A stretch of 64,000 bases of DNA, from NCBI GenBank assembly GCA_965112155.1, contig OZ218103.1; one strand, written 5' to 3'. This document shows positions 52,399-63,731 of the stretch, in pieces. The DNA comes from Podarcis liolepis. Lineage: Eukaryota. The notes beneath the pieces were generated by a model that was not told where the DNA came from, made no database searches, and worked only from the letters and a program-made list of their open reading frames with translations. How positions within the stretch are numbered: the stretch's first letter is position 1; each line of letters opens with the position of its first letter. Made by a program: the position numbers and the translations under genes.

Positions 52399-54509
52399 CC
52401 AAATTATAAAACTGTGAATACTGTAGGGCAGAAATGGGAAACTTTTGTCCATCCAGAAGTTATTAGACTCAAACTCACATCAGCCGCAGCCAGCATGGTT
52501 AATGGTCAGGGTGAATGAGAGTTGCAGTCCAACAGATGGAGGGCCCATGTTTCCCACCCCGCTTTGTAGTGAAGACTGAGTTTCAAATTAAAAGGGAGAA
52601 TTAGACCGCAGATAGATGTGAAACATTACGCAAGTATTTATTCAGCTGACGAAAACGACCTGAAAGCAAGTAGTAGCTGTATACTGATATAGCAAAATAT
52701 CTATGTGAATTCTTAAAATGTTTGCATAATCAGACACTCATCAAAAAGTTCTGTTGTAAAAGGAAGGCAAAAATGACTGCATTTAGATGCAGATAGCACT
52801 AAGTGCAGCACTGTGAATAGAAATGAATATATGTCAACAAGGAACATTAAATTAGTGCAATCACTGAATGGGCCACTGACCCTATTTCACTGGAAGAATT
52901 TATCCTTTTTAACAGAGTTCCAAAGAACACAATTACATACGTGAATTTGTTCTTTTTGCATTTTAAATGTTTACTGCATTAGTTTATATGTACTATATGT
53001 CTTAACGTGGGGTGAAGAACCCTTTTCGGTCTCACACTTCATCATCGATAATCATTTGGGGGCCACATGACAAACTTAGCTGAGAATGAAGGTCACAAGC
53101 ACGCTGACTTTAAAGACTTTGACTCTTCACAGTAAGAATATAGCTCTTAAAAAACTTGCAAGTTAACACTTTCCTTAATCATTCACTTTCCTTATAATTC
53201 AGTTACTTCTTTTATCACAAATCTTGGTCTGCTGATGAGCTACTCCAGCATTTATTTGGCCTTGGTATTTCAATAGTGGACCGGTTATGGTTATCATTAC
53301 ATTTCTATCCTGCAAGTTGAAGGTCTTCAGTCAAGGTGTTTTTTTGGCTATTTCATTGTCATGAGCGATGTTATTTTTGGAAAGGAGGAATTGTTACAAA
53401 GTATATAGTTATTTATGTTAACTTTTAAACCAATGGTTACAAAGTAAATGACTGTGCAGTGACTGTAATTGGAGACAAAACAACCTGACTTTGCATTTGC
53501 AGGATATTTACCTCTTTCCAAAATTGTGAGTTTCAGTTTCAAAACACAAAAGTGTTCTATAATCAAAACAAAGAAAAAGCCAGTTCTGCAATAGAAGTCT
53601 CCCTATGTTAAGTGGAAATGAGAAAGAAATTCCAAAGGTAGCTATTTTAGCTTAAAAGCAGTGAGCAAGCACAAGTGTATCTTTAAATAAGATACACATA
53701 GTGCAAAGGTATAATAAAATTTTGGATAAAGATGCCATTAGAAGAATTATAATTAAAATACAGTGCATATTGTAGTAAGGCATTCATATTATTGTGAAGT
53801 GGGAAACCTGGCCAAATTGAAATTAAAATTATGTGGGTGCCATGCCTGACTTAGGTTTTTAAAATAATACAGGCAAATGTGGCTTTTATTTGGTTTTATC
53901 TTTCAATTAGTACATTGGTTTTCAACTTTTTCTGACCCACTATCAACACATTTCTTGATCTGGAGGCCCATTTCTTGATTCCCCCCCCCCTTTACCATTC
54001 ATTTGTTAGGTGGTAGTGCTGCTTGAGATCCACCTTACATCATGGCCTGGCAGTGGCTTCTGACCCAGATGAAGACCCATGAACTACTAGTATACACACG
54101 CCTGTTTTGCTTTCTGTAACTTACCTTTCTCTCTCAGAAACTTTAAATAAAACAAGCATTCCATTGCTTGGGAGGATCTACATTATGCAAATTATCCACA
54201 TAGGACCTTACATTAAGAGGGCCATCTGCTGGCGACTAGTTATATCTGCTAAATAGTATCAAGTCCAAATTGTGCCTGAGTCCAAGGCTACTTGGGTCAG
54301 TGTAGGTGTAGGACAACTATAAGAAAAGCAAACCTTTCTGTGTGGGTCTTTTCTGATAATATTTTACTTTTATTTTATCATTTTAAAAGTAATTTGTACA
54401 TTATAATGGTTTTTAATGTATGTGTATGAAATACACCTTAGAGTTGATTGGAGGTTATGTTTTATCTATTTCTACATACTGTACATACATATTTATACAT
54501 ACATTCGTA

Positions 54510-54624
54510 CAGAGCCATTTTTCTAGAAAAAGAGGTGCTGGAACTCACCATGAATGCTTCCCTCATTCTCTTAGAATGGCAATGGTGCCCACCTGAGAGG
54601 TGCCGGAACTGAAAAAAAGCCCTG
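54510..54624. mobile_element. Short hAT-type MITE
   Basis: Ends CAGAGCCATTTTTC / GAAAAAAAGCCCTG; flanks CATTCGTA/CATACATA as a degenerate TSD. Confidence 0.6.
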
Positions 54625-55269
54625 CATACATAAAATATGAAAATGCACTTAATTTTAATACTTAACAGTCACAATGTATTCCTATTTAGAAAATGGATAT
54701 ACTGTATGTTAAGCTGGTAGTTGTTTGCACGGAGAGATAGGCCTACACAACGTTTGCCTGGCTACAGCTTAATCCTCATATAACTTACGGGCTGAAGCAA
54801 GCACTCTATGGCTAGTTGCAAAGTATTTTTAGTGTTGTCATTTGCTCTATTAGGAAAATACGCGGTCAAGTTAGAAGGAGCAGAATTTATTTTGTACAGT
54901 ATTCAGGGGGCACAGAGTGGCTGGGGAACCCAGCCAGATGGGCGGGGTATAAATATTACCATTACCATTATTCATTATCATTATTATTGGCCAAAGAAGA
55001 AAATTCTAGGAAACTGAGGTGTCCAACGGTCTCGTTTTCTCTGGGTCTGAACTACCAAAGTTCTTCAAACTTCGGAGACTACATCTCCCAGAGCGCACTT
55101 CTTTCTCAGCGCAGGGGCACCCTCTTACGCCACTGGAGCAGTGCATTCTGGGACTTGTAGTGTCTGGGCAGCTAGCAAATAAGAAGAGTCGCAGTTTTGA
55201 ATTCCCGCCCTCCCGCTCGCGCCGGTGGTGACCCTCTGCTGTGTAGGCAGATTTGGTTTCCTCCTCAGT

Positions 55270-55447
55270 CCCGGAAGCGGCGCCACTGGGGGATTCGTAA
55301 CGGCGCCGACTGGCGCTTATGGTAGCCGGAGTGGGTCAAAAGAGTCGGTGGTGAAGATCGGAAAGTTAAAAAAAAAGAAAAAGAGTTTTAAAACAGGAGG
55401 GCCTTCCCCCTCCCCTTTCTCGCCTCCTTGTGACTCCGGCGTCCTCG
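55270..55447 (+). other. ATG4C: ATG4C non-coding exon 1 (start approximate)
   Basis: Donor TCG|GTGAGC at 55448 inside the CpG-rich promoter region; exon 2 carries the start codon, as remembered for mammalian ATG4C. Confidence 0.6.
55319..55354 (+). other. Short uORF1 in ATG4C exon 1 (MVAGVGQKSRW*)
   Basis: ATG 55319 to TGA 55354. Only in the mRNA if the TSS lies upstream of 55319. Confidence 0.45.
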
Positions 55448-55475
55448 GTGAGCGCGAACTTTAGGGGTCGGGTTG

Positions 55476-55519
55476 GGGAAAGGAGGACTTCGGGTTCGGG
55501 AAAGGAGGACTTCGGGTTC
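55476..55519 (+). repeat. Perfect 22-bp tandem duplication GGGAAAGGAGGACTTCGGGTTC x2
   Basis: Direct reading, just 3' of the ATG4C exon 1 donor. Confidence 0.9.
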
Positions 55520-58500
55520 CTCGGGGCCGCTTTCAGTGGGACAAGCATTTCAAGGCAGGGGGACCCTGATGTGCCTTGGGGGTTCCTCTGGAAATCCTTT
55601 GGGGTTTGGGAACGGACGGGGAGCAGCCTTGTCTTGTTGAAGAAGGAGGGGATTTTTTAAATGGGACGTTGAGAGACATACACAGCCATCTCTTCCTATA
55701 TTACCCAGTGATTTTGGGAAATAACGGCCTCTGCTTTTTGAGCTTTATCTAGAGGTTTTGCAATAAGGGCACATCTTGGGTCGTGGCAAAAAAGGGACGT
55801 CCCTGAATAAGGTTTCCGCTCGCAAATTTATCTCGTCCCACTTCCCTCAGTTGCTCCATCTGGGTGCTGAGATGCCACAGATTACCATTTTGGTCTGACA
55901 TCTGTCCAAACAAGGCGTTTCAGGCTACAGCTGTGTAGAGAACTTAGCATTTCAGGGTTCGTTCGTTCGTTTGTTTTTACTTATTTACTCTAAGCCACCA
56001 AAGCAACTTTGTTATAGGGTGGCATACAAATGTCATACATAAGTAATAAAATCCCATTCAGTTTGGTTGCTTATTGATACTTAGGCTGCAGCCCTGTACA
56101 TCTCGGCACATGAGGAACTCGCTTGGAGTTCAGTGGGTGTTACTTCCAGGTATGTGGGTACAGGATTGTCAACTTAGTGGTTTTTTAAACAGCCTTCTAA
56201 AAGAAACAGTGTGAATGTGTGCCAACCCCATTTAGGACACCTTGGCAGTGACAGTGCTCTTTTTCATCTCCTGTTAAAGGTATCAATTTATTTATTTACT
56301 AATGGCTCAGGTCAGTATGAGGTGAGAATAACCTCTTGTCTTCAGTAAAATCTAAATTGGTTAAAGCTACCTCAGGATAAATTTGTCCTGCTTAATATAG
56401 GCATCCCCATCAGACCAGCGTTGCACACCCTTTTGTACTTTTTTTTCTCATGATCTGTATAAATATAGATAAAAATATAGATAAAAACAACACCAAACAC
56501 ACCTACTTATTTCTCTGGCATTTATCCTGAGTCTTTCCCTTCTACATCTAGCCCCAATATTTCTCCTTAACACACACATTCATTCCCCAAGAGAAACCGC
56601 TGTCCTCTAAGCTTTCTCCTTATTCTCCATGATCTTAGCCTGCAAATGATCCAGTGCTTTCAAACAACAGTCTTGGAAGCAGCTTTGGGTTTTCTGGTAC
56701 AGTATCTGAATAAAAATAAGCTTACAGTTTTTGGCTAGCCCTGGTAGCCAAGCCAAAATTGTGGTTTTAAGGACCCTTCCCCTTTCCTTGTCACTTACTT
56801 CACCCTGCGCCCCTGCACATAGTCAAGGACTGTCTTCTTTTGTCCCTCCCTAGCTTCAAATCTGGAGCTCAAAAGAGCTGCAAGGAGTTGCGGGTTTGGC
56901 TGCTGTATCATACATGATGCCTAGGCATTAAGGAAACTCTTGCTTCACTTTCTTGCTGAAAAGAGGGAAGCGTTCCATTGTTAGCCACTACAGGCTTGTT
57001 TCCAATTCTCCAAAACATTGTTGGAAGAGTTGGAAACATTATGCACAAAACCACCCAAATGAATTTAGAATCTTGCTGACTGTCATTAGTATGACAATTG
57101 AATAAGCTCTAATGCAGTTTCCTATGTTGTCTCAATAATTTATATTTTGTATGTTCCATATGGGAAGTGTTCCAAGAGTGCTTTGGATTGATAGCTTCTT
57201 GTTGCATAAGAAATAAAAATAGTGTGCTTTGAGATTCAATTAGGGCAGGGCTAGATAATGTAATGTAATCTAATGCCCTCTAGATGTTGTTGGATTCAAA
57301 ATCCCATCATTCCTGGCCATCGGCCATGCTTGGGGCTGACAACAGGGGTATAAATAATAAAACTGTTGTTATTATTCTTCACATCTGGAGGGCACAATAT
57401 TGGTGACCCTTGATAGGTGCTTGGGCTTATTTTATTCCTGAAATAGCCAGGGAAAACTTTCAGAGTTGCAGGTCAATTTTAGCTTTACAAATGTCCTTGA
57501 TCTTAAAAAGGCAATGAAAGAAATCAGCCCCCCAGAAGCTGCTATTCTTTAGCCATTTACACTGACATAAAATCTGATGGAGCATATGCAAACTTATCCC
57601 TTTCTGAAGTTATGTAAAAACAACCTGTGATTGTTAAAATGAATGCTGATACACTTATTTCCATTCAGCATTGTTTATGTAATGAGATGTCTGTTCAAAA
57701 TTAAGTACTAATCTTGTGAAGAAATTCTTGCTTTGCTAACCTTGCTTTGTTTGCTTTGCTGTTTTCCAATGCAAATATTTACAGAAGTAGAAAGGAAGGT
57801 TAACACTCAACAATAGTTCCTCCATCCATATCCATCCAAAATCTATATCGCAGCAATATCGTTAGTAGCAGCAAAAAGACAAAGGAATAAATTAATATAG
57901 TATGTGAACAAGCAAATAGAAACCTGACGTATTATGGTCATTATATAATAACAAACAATGTGATCCATATACAAGCCAGTGAAATTATTTAAACAGTACA
58001 CTACAAATAGAAAAATTCCCCAATCAATTTGGAGTAAGATTTCCATGATTAAAACTCATTTCATGCTTTTTCAACTAACAGAGAGCATGTATGAATGGCA
58101 GCCCTCATTGCCTTCATTCTTTGGTGTTTTTCTTCCTTTCTCATTAATGTCAGTACAATAGACCCAGAAAACATATTATTAAATATATATTTTTTAAATC
58201 ACCCACTCTATGATATAGAATGTATAATGTAAGGCCACTATACATAATGTAATTGAAATACCTGTTAAGTTCTGTTAAATGCTTTCATGGTAATCTTACA
58301 TCAAACATCCAATATTATATTTCTTGACTTGGCACAGTATTTGGTGACATTTTGGTTAGCCTGTTAAAGGTATTGCCTTAATACAGATTTTGATTTTTTT
58401 TTAATGAGCCAACACATCTGACCTTTACTTGTATTCTTCATTTTATAATTGAAAGCCATGCAACGTATAAATTTTCTAGTGAATTTTTAAAGTAGCTCTT

Positions 58501-59090
58501 TTGCAAGAATAATCTAACATATTACAGGAGACTTGGTTTTGGTAATTTCTTTTTAAGCATACTCCTCTTTTTGTTTGCAACCCAGATTTCTTCCCATGTA
58601 ATACATTTTGGACTGGGATAGAACCCAACTCTCTTAAATAGAGCATTAATATTCATGAGCCCAGAGTCCTGCTTCTGAACAGAATAGACATAATATAAAA
58701 CTGTGTCCCTTTTGCAGCAATTCAAATATTTTTCTCTGTCTTCCAATTAGTGTTTAGGTGTTCTCAGATGTACACCAATGTAGTCTATGTACACAGGACA
58801 GTTTACTGTGAAATAGAGAGCATTTGGAGGACATTATGTTTTATTTAGCGTTGGATGATAATTTTACTGTTGTATATTTGGAATAAAATGTTTTTATTAT
58901 TTATTCATAGAAGTTACAATTGCTTTTCTCTCTGCAAGTGGAGGCTTCTGAGATTTTATTGCTCTTCCTAGTCACAATATGTTTAACCACCTAACAACAC
59001 AAGCATGCTTAGCTATGCCCTGAGTGTTCATGGATGTGTTTATTCCTTTTCCTTTTGCAGTAGCACAGATTAGTGTCTTTTGAGACAGTG

Positions 59091-59138
59091 ATGGCTTTTC
59101 CTCTTCATTCTGAACATGGAGGCCGCAGGGACAGATGA
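59091..59138 (+). other. Overlapping out-of-frame uORF in ATG4C exon 2 (MAFPLHSEHGGRRDR*)
   Basis: gtgATGg strong Kozak, 25 nt upstream of the main ATG; TGA at 59136-59138 inside the CDS. Confidence 0.7.
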
Positions 59139-59191
59139 AGTAGAGAAAATAAAATCAAAGTTTATGTCTGCATGGCATAATATGAAATACA
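59116..59191 (+). CDS. ATG4C: ATG4C first coding exon (exon 2; exon starts 59061) MEAAGTDEVEKIKSKFMSAWHNMKY-S
   Basis: Acceptor ttttgcag| at 59060, Kozak aacATGg, donor |gtaagt at 59192; matches the ATG4C N-terminus. Confidence 0.95.
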
Positions 59192-61242
59192 GTAAGTGAA
59201 ACGCGATAAATTGCATTGCTTAAAACAATTAATGGAAGAATGCAACCTCATCTTTGAAAATGGATTGTGCATTGTCTCAAATGACTGAAGCTGGTTTGCT
59301 GTTCCCAGTTAATGTTAACTGTTGTTAGTGCTGGTGCAGATGTAAAGCTAATACTACAAGGGAAGGAAGTGGGAATTTGCACAACAGAGAGCATGAGTCG
59401 TTTTTTTGAACTCTGAGGCCCAGTGGACTCATTCGGATGTAATGCCTAAGCCATTTCGTATTATGTGAATGAGACTTGGGTTTGTCAACTTCCTCCCCAT
59501 CTCTCCTCTCTCAGTGCAACTGCAAAAAGGAGATCAGAAGCATTCACTTCTATTTTTAGCTAACCTTTGTTTAGCATTATGTCCAAAGCAAACTATTTTA
59601 CCTATGGTTTATGTAAACAAGCCAGCTTTAAGCCATGGTTTATGAAGTTGGCTTGTTTTCATAAACCATAGATAAAGTTTAACCACAGTGTCGGGTTTGG
59701 GTGTAATGCTAGACTGCCATCGATTGAAAAGAGAGCTTTTGATCTCATTGTGGCAGTGTCAGAGGAGGAAATACATGAACCACAGTTTAGTACTGTTTCT
59801 GAATCAAGCCAGTGAGATAGCAATTAGGGTATGTTTAGTGCTAATGAAACATTGTTGCTTTGTCCTTGCTTAAGATCTCAACTGTACGGTTAAAACATAG
59901 TTTAGCTGAGTAGTCTTCAACCTTTTCAGACCCAGTGCCCACTTTCAACCCAAATATGTACATGGGAAATAATTTCTTAATTTTTTTACCATATATTTGT
60001 ATGGTGGTAGTATGACCTGTCTTAAATCAGGCCATGACCTGGTGATCGGTCCCAGCTGAAGACTGATGATTTAGCTTGTGAAACCCAACCTTTCCCTTGG
60101 AGGGCATCTGTAGATAGACCTACTTGTCATCTTGCAGGTTGGGAGGTTGATGACGTATGAAACTGCAATAGCCATGATTAAGAAAGTGGCTGTGTGATTT
60201 CTCCATTAGTTGACAAATTTTTCCTTCTAGAAATTTCTGCACCTCTTTGGACACCTACTCCTTTGTCACTATTAAAAGAATCACTTGCACTTAAATAGTC
60301 AGCAATAGCTGGGGATAAATCAGTGTATTTCCCCATTCTGTAAATTCCCTTTAATCAGATATCTATGACAGATACAAATCTATTCTGATATCATAGTCCA
60401 CGAGGAAGATGCTAGAAAAGGGGAAGAAGAGGATAGCTTGAGAAAAGAAAATATTTATGAAACTTTCTGCAGAAATAGCCAAAAGAGCAACTGTTGCTTT
60501 GTAGTTCCTAATAATTAAAGCTTAAAGAAAGCTTAAAAGATTCTACTAGGTTTTTGTCAGGTTTCTGCTCTCAGTAAAGAGAAACTCAAAAGACATAACT
60601 ATTTGAAGACTTTTTTTAAAAAAAACCCCACACCAGTCTTTAATTCTGTTGCTGTTTAATTTTTATTGTTTGCCCTGGATTTCTGGTCCCTATTTTTAAT
60701 GTGCTTTTAGCCTTCAATCTAGCTGTTTTTCAGCCCCATTTAGCCTTTCCTTCCTCTATGCGAGGAGCAGATCAGGGCTGAGTCAGTGTGAGCACCCCCT
60801 GCCCACAAGTTCCCATGACCATGTTGAGGACTGAATATGTTTTTGTATTTGATTGCTTTGAGTGTTGCCTTTCAGAGGGATGAAATGGGCTGGATAGAAA
60901 TGTTGTATGAATGTTTATTTATTTGAAACATTTATATACTACCTGTATCAAACAAGATCGGATTTATTTCTCAATACTGTGTTTCCACTAGTTGTTACTG
61001 CTGCTTGGAAAGTGAAACTTTCTATGTATGCTTGTTTTTAAAGTGCAGACATCAACATAAACTATTTAACAAATTTAACATAGGAATAGCCTAAACCCTA
61101 TTTGCGTTGTACAAAGCAGAGGAACTTGTTTTTAATAAAAGCTGAGACTGCTCATTTTCTTCCTTGCTTTCTGTGAACTTCATTAAAGTTGGCCTGGAGA
61201 TCATTTCTAAATGTCTTACTTTGCTTTTCTTCTTCTTTATAG

Positions 61243-61326
61243 GCTGGGTGTTGAAAACAAAAACTTACTTTAGCAGAAATTCTCCTGTCTTTTTGCTGGG
61301 AAAATGCTACCATTTCAAGACTGAAG
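61243..61326 (+). CDS. ATG4C: ATG4C exon 3 (WVLKTKTYFSRNSPVFLLGKCYHFKTE-E, 84 nt)
   Basis: Overlaps ORF 61164..61352; acceptor ttatag|, donor |gtatgt. Confidence 0.96.
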
Positions 61327-61968
61327 GTATGTGCTGCAAGCATGTAACTTGATCTTCAGTCCAAATGGACATTGATGCATATATATTACTGTTTCCCACT
61401 TGCAATAAGTGGCTGCTGGAAAAGTCTTACATTTCATATGTGAAGGATCTTCATAGGACATATTAAAGCTCTGTTTCCTTACACCCAAAGTTGTACACAC
61501 AGCTACTAACACAATATAGTCTGTGTGAAGCCAGCATATACCTCTCAGATCCTCTCTACTTTGTTAAGGACCTTGATGAGTGCAGTTGGAGGGTTGGGTG
61601 AGGCATCCATAGGCCTCAAATTCTTTATAGTGGCTTGTGAGCATGTGCAGACTGGGCAAACAGGGCTTTGTAAAATCCTGTGCCAATTCATTTGTGTCTA
61701 GGCAACAATTGTGCTTATATGTCAATTACAGCCCTGCCTTAATGTTAGTTACCGTATTTTCTTCGGTTTTCCTTTCTGCAAAAGTTGTATGCAGGATAAT
61801 TGTTTCTATAATATGGAAGAATGATATAACAAAAACCAATCTAAACTGGCAACTGTTTCTGTTTGCCTTCTGATTTTTATGTATTTTTTTCTCCCACATT
61901 TCCTTTAAATATTCTGACCTGAAGACACTGGCTTTACCTTTACTCTTTATGGAGTGAAGCCTCTAGCT

Positions 61969-62281
61969 CAGGGGTAGGTAACCTAAGGGCCATGGGCCAC
62001 AAGCAGCCCACAGGGGTCATTTAACTGACCCACGAACTGCCCCCGAACCGAGCCGCCCACTCGGTGAGTCCCCGCGCACTGTGCTAAACCGGCACAGCGT
62101 GGCTCAGGGACTCACTTGTGCAGTGCCGGAAATCATGTCTCCGCATGCTCAGACGCTGAAAATCGCGTCTGTGCAGGTGCAGACACCGGAAATCGCGGCC
62201 GTGCGTGCATGTGATCCGGCCCACGGAGGGATCTTCGCTGGAGTGAACCGGCCCAGTCGAGGTAAACTTTGCCGACCCCTT
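61969..62281. mobile_element. hAT MITE with perfect 8-bp TSD CTCTAGCT and internal ~30-bp tandem units
   Basis: CAGGGGTAGGTAACCT...TTTGCCGACCCCT(T); TSD at 61961-61968 and 62282-62289. Confidence 0.88.
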
Positions 62282-62469
62282 CTCTAGCTGTATATTCATT
62301 CCCTAGGGCAAATACCTGTAAGCTCAAGTTACTATTTTTGTTTTATTATTTTGTAGAGATTTCTCACAGTGGGCTTTGTACTGTTCACAGTTCTGATAAA
62401 TTTTACAAGATTTTGCAGTTGGTCACTTACTTAAAACAAGTACTAGTTTGTTATGTCTCTCTCTTATAG

Positions 62470-62703
62470 AGTCAAGTGACACGTCACCAAATGGGTCAAA
62501 TTATGATATAACAGATGAAGGGATTTCAAGAAATGTGGAAGAGTTCCGTAAAGATTTTATTTCCAGAATATGGCTGACATACAGAGAAGAATTTCCTCAA
62601 ATCAAGGGCTCAGCTTTAACAACAGACTGTGGCTGGGGCTGTACCCTGAGGACTGGTCAGATGCTTCTAGCACAAGGACTTATTCTTCACTTTCTTGGTA
62701 GAG
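62470..62703 (+). CDS. ATG4C: ATG4C exon 4 (...[57 protein letters not shown], 234 nt); catalytic Cys codon 62640-62642
   Basis: Peptidase C54 motif D-x-GWGC-x-LR-x-GQM; acceptor ttatag|; donor is GC-type, AG|GCAAGT at 62704. Confidence 0.95.
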
Positions 62704-62810
62704 GCAAGTTCCCCAGATTTTTGACCTATTCAGTTAACTTTTAGTTTTTTATTTGAGGGAATAGGTAACCAAAGGAATTGGGCCATGTGTGCTTATGAGA
62801 ATGAAGTGTG

Positions 62811-62950
62811 TTAGAATTGTAGAGTTTGAAGGGACCATGAGGGTCTTCTATCCCAAACGCCTGCAATGGTGGAATTTATTGCCCAACATGGGGCTCAAAC
62901 CCACAGCCCTGAGATTAATATTCTCATGTTCTACCAACTGAGCTATCCTG
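62811..62950 (-). mobile_element. tRNA-Lys-derived SINE with CR1-type tail
   Basis: Reverse complement TAGCTCAGTTGGTAGAACATGAGAATATTAATCTCAGGGCTGTGGGTTTGAGCCCCATGTTGGGC plus tail. A tail-only fragment also lies at ~45421-45470. Confidence 0.8.
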
Positions 62951-63731
62951 AGTGTTAGCCTTTCAAATTCAGTAGTTACATGCAATGCTTATTAGGTTTT
63001 TATTCTGAATGATTTTTAAAGAACAGTGTGGGGGATGTATTGGTGGGTGTTGTGAAACTCTGTAAAAACCATAATTATGCAATCCTTTTCCAAAATGGAT
63101 GCAACTTTCTAATGCCTGTGTTTGGCAAGCATTATAGTATATGTTTTCTTCCCCCAAAATATGGTGCTCTTCTAATGTTTTTTACCCCAAAGATACCTTG
63201 ACTTTTGTTTCTTATTTAGCATTTGAGAGGATGTAGCCTGTTCCGAAATCTTTCTAAGGCAATATCTTGTGGCATTGAGTTTCACAAACTAGTTGTAAAA
63301 TCATTTTGAGGAAATTGCCCATTTAATAATTTTAAATACAGATTAAAACAATTCAGTTTAACTAAAATTTATTCTAACTTATTGGAAACCATGTTTAATT
63401 CATGGAAAAATGAAAAATAATTCAATTGAAAAGTTAGCAGTTAAGTTTGGTGTAATTCAATGACATTTATTAATTCATCGATGCCCCTTAATCCTGTTCT
63501 GTGTGAAAAGATTTCTATGTTGTGGTGGACCTGTTATAAAATCAGTGTTGTTGTACTTTTATTCGGAAACTCTGAGATCGTCTGGCTGATGCTAAATCTC
63601 TGTTGTTTAGTATAGAGAACAGACAACTTTAAGCTTCTTTAAATTTTCACCAGATAATTTAAAACGAATAAAAATTCTTTAAATTGTTTACTAGCAGGCA
63701 AACCATTAAATATATGCTGTGTCTGTCACAG

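Larger units (their letters stand above)
55020..55560. promoter_or_regulatory. CpG-rich ATG4C promoter: two ZNF143/THAP11 motifs (55078-55098 +, 55141-55161 -), CHR+E2F (55196-55209), ETS/GABPA CCGGAAG (55271-55277)
   Basis: Motifs read directly: ACTACATCTCCCAGAGCGCAC; reverse complement ACTACAAGTCCCAGAATGCAC; TTTGAATTCCCGCC; CCGGAAGC. Local CpG enrichment. Confidence 0.8.

Noticed and set aside
59058-59063. NAGNAG acceptor (CAGTAG) at ATG4C exon 2
   Set aside because: It lies in the 5' UTR, upstream of both ATGs; a 3-nt shift has no evident consequence.
62880-62950. tRNA-Lys gene (also 17053-17130 and 35640-35709)
   Set aside because: The anticodon arm and stems are mutated, and each copy is fused to a CR1-type tail; these are SINE heads.
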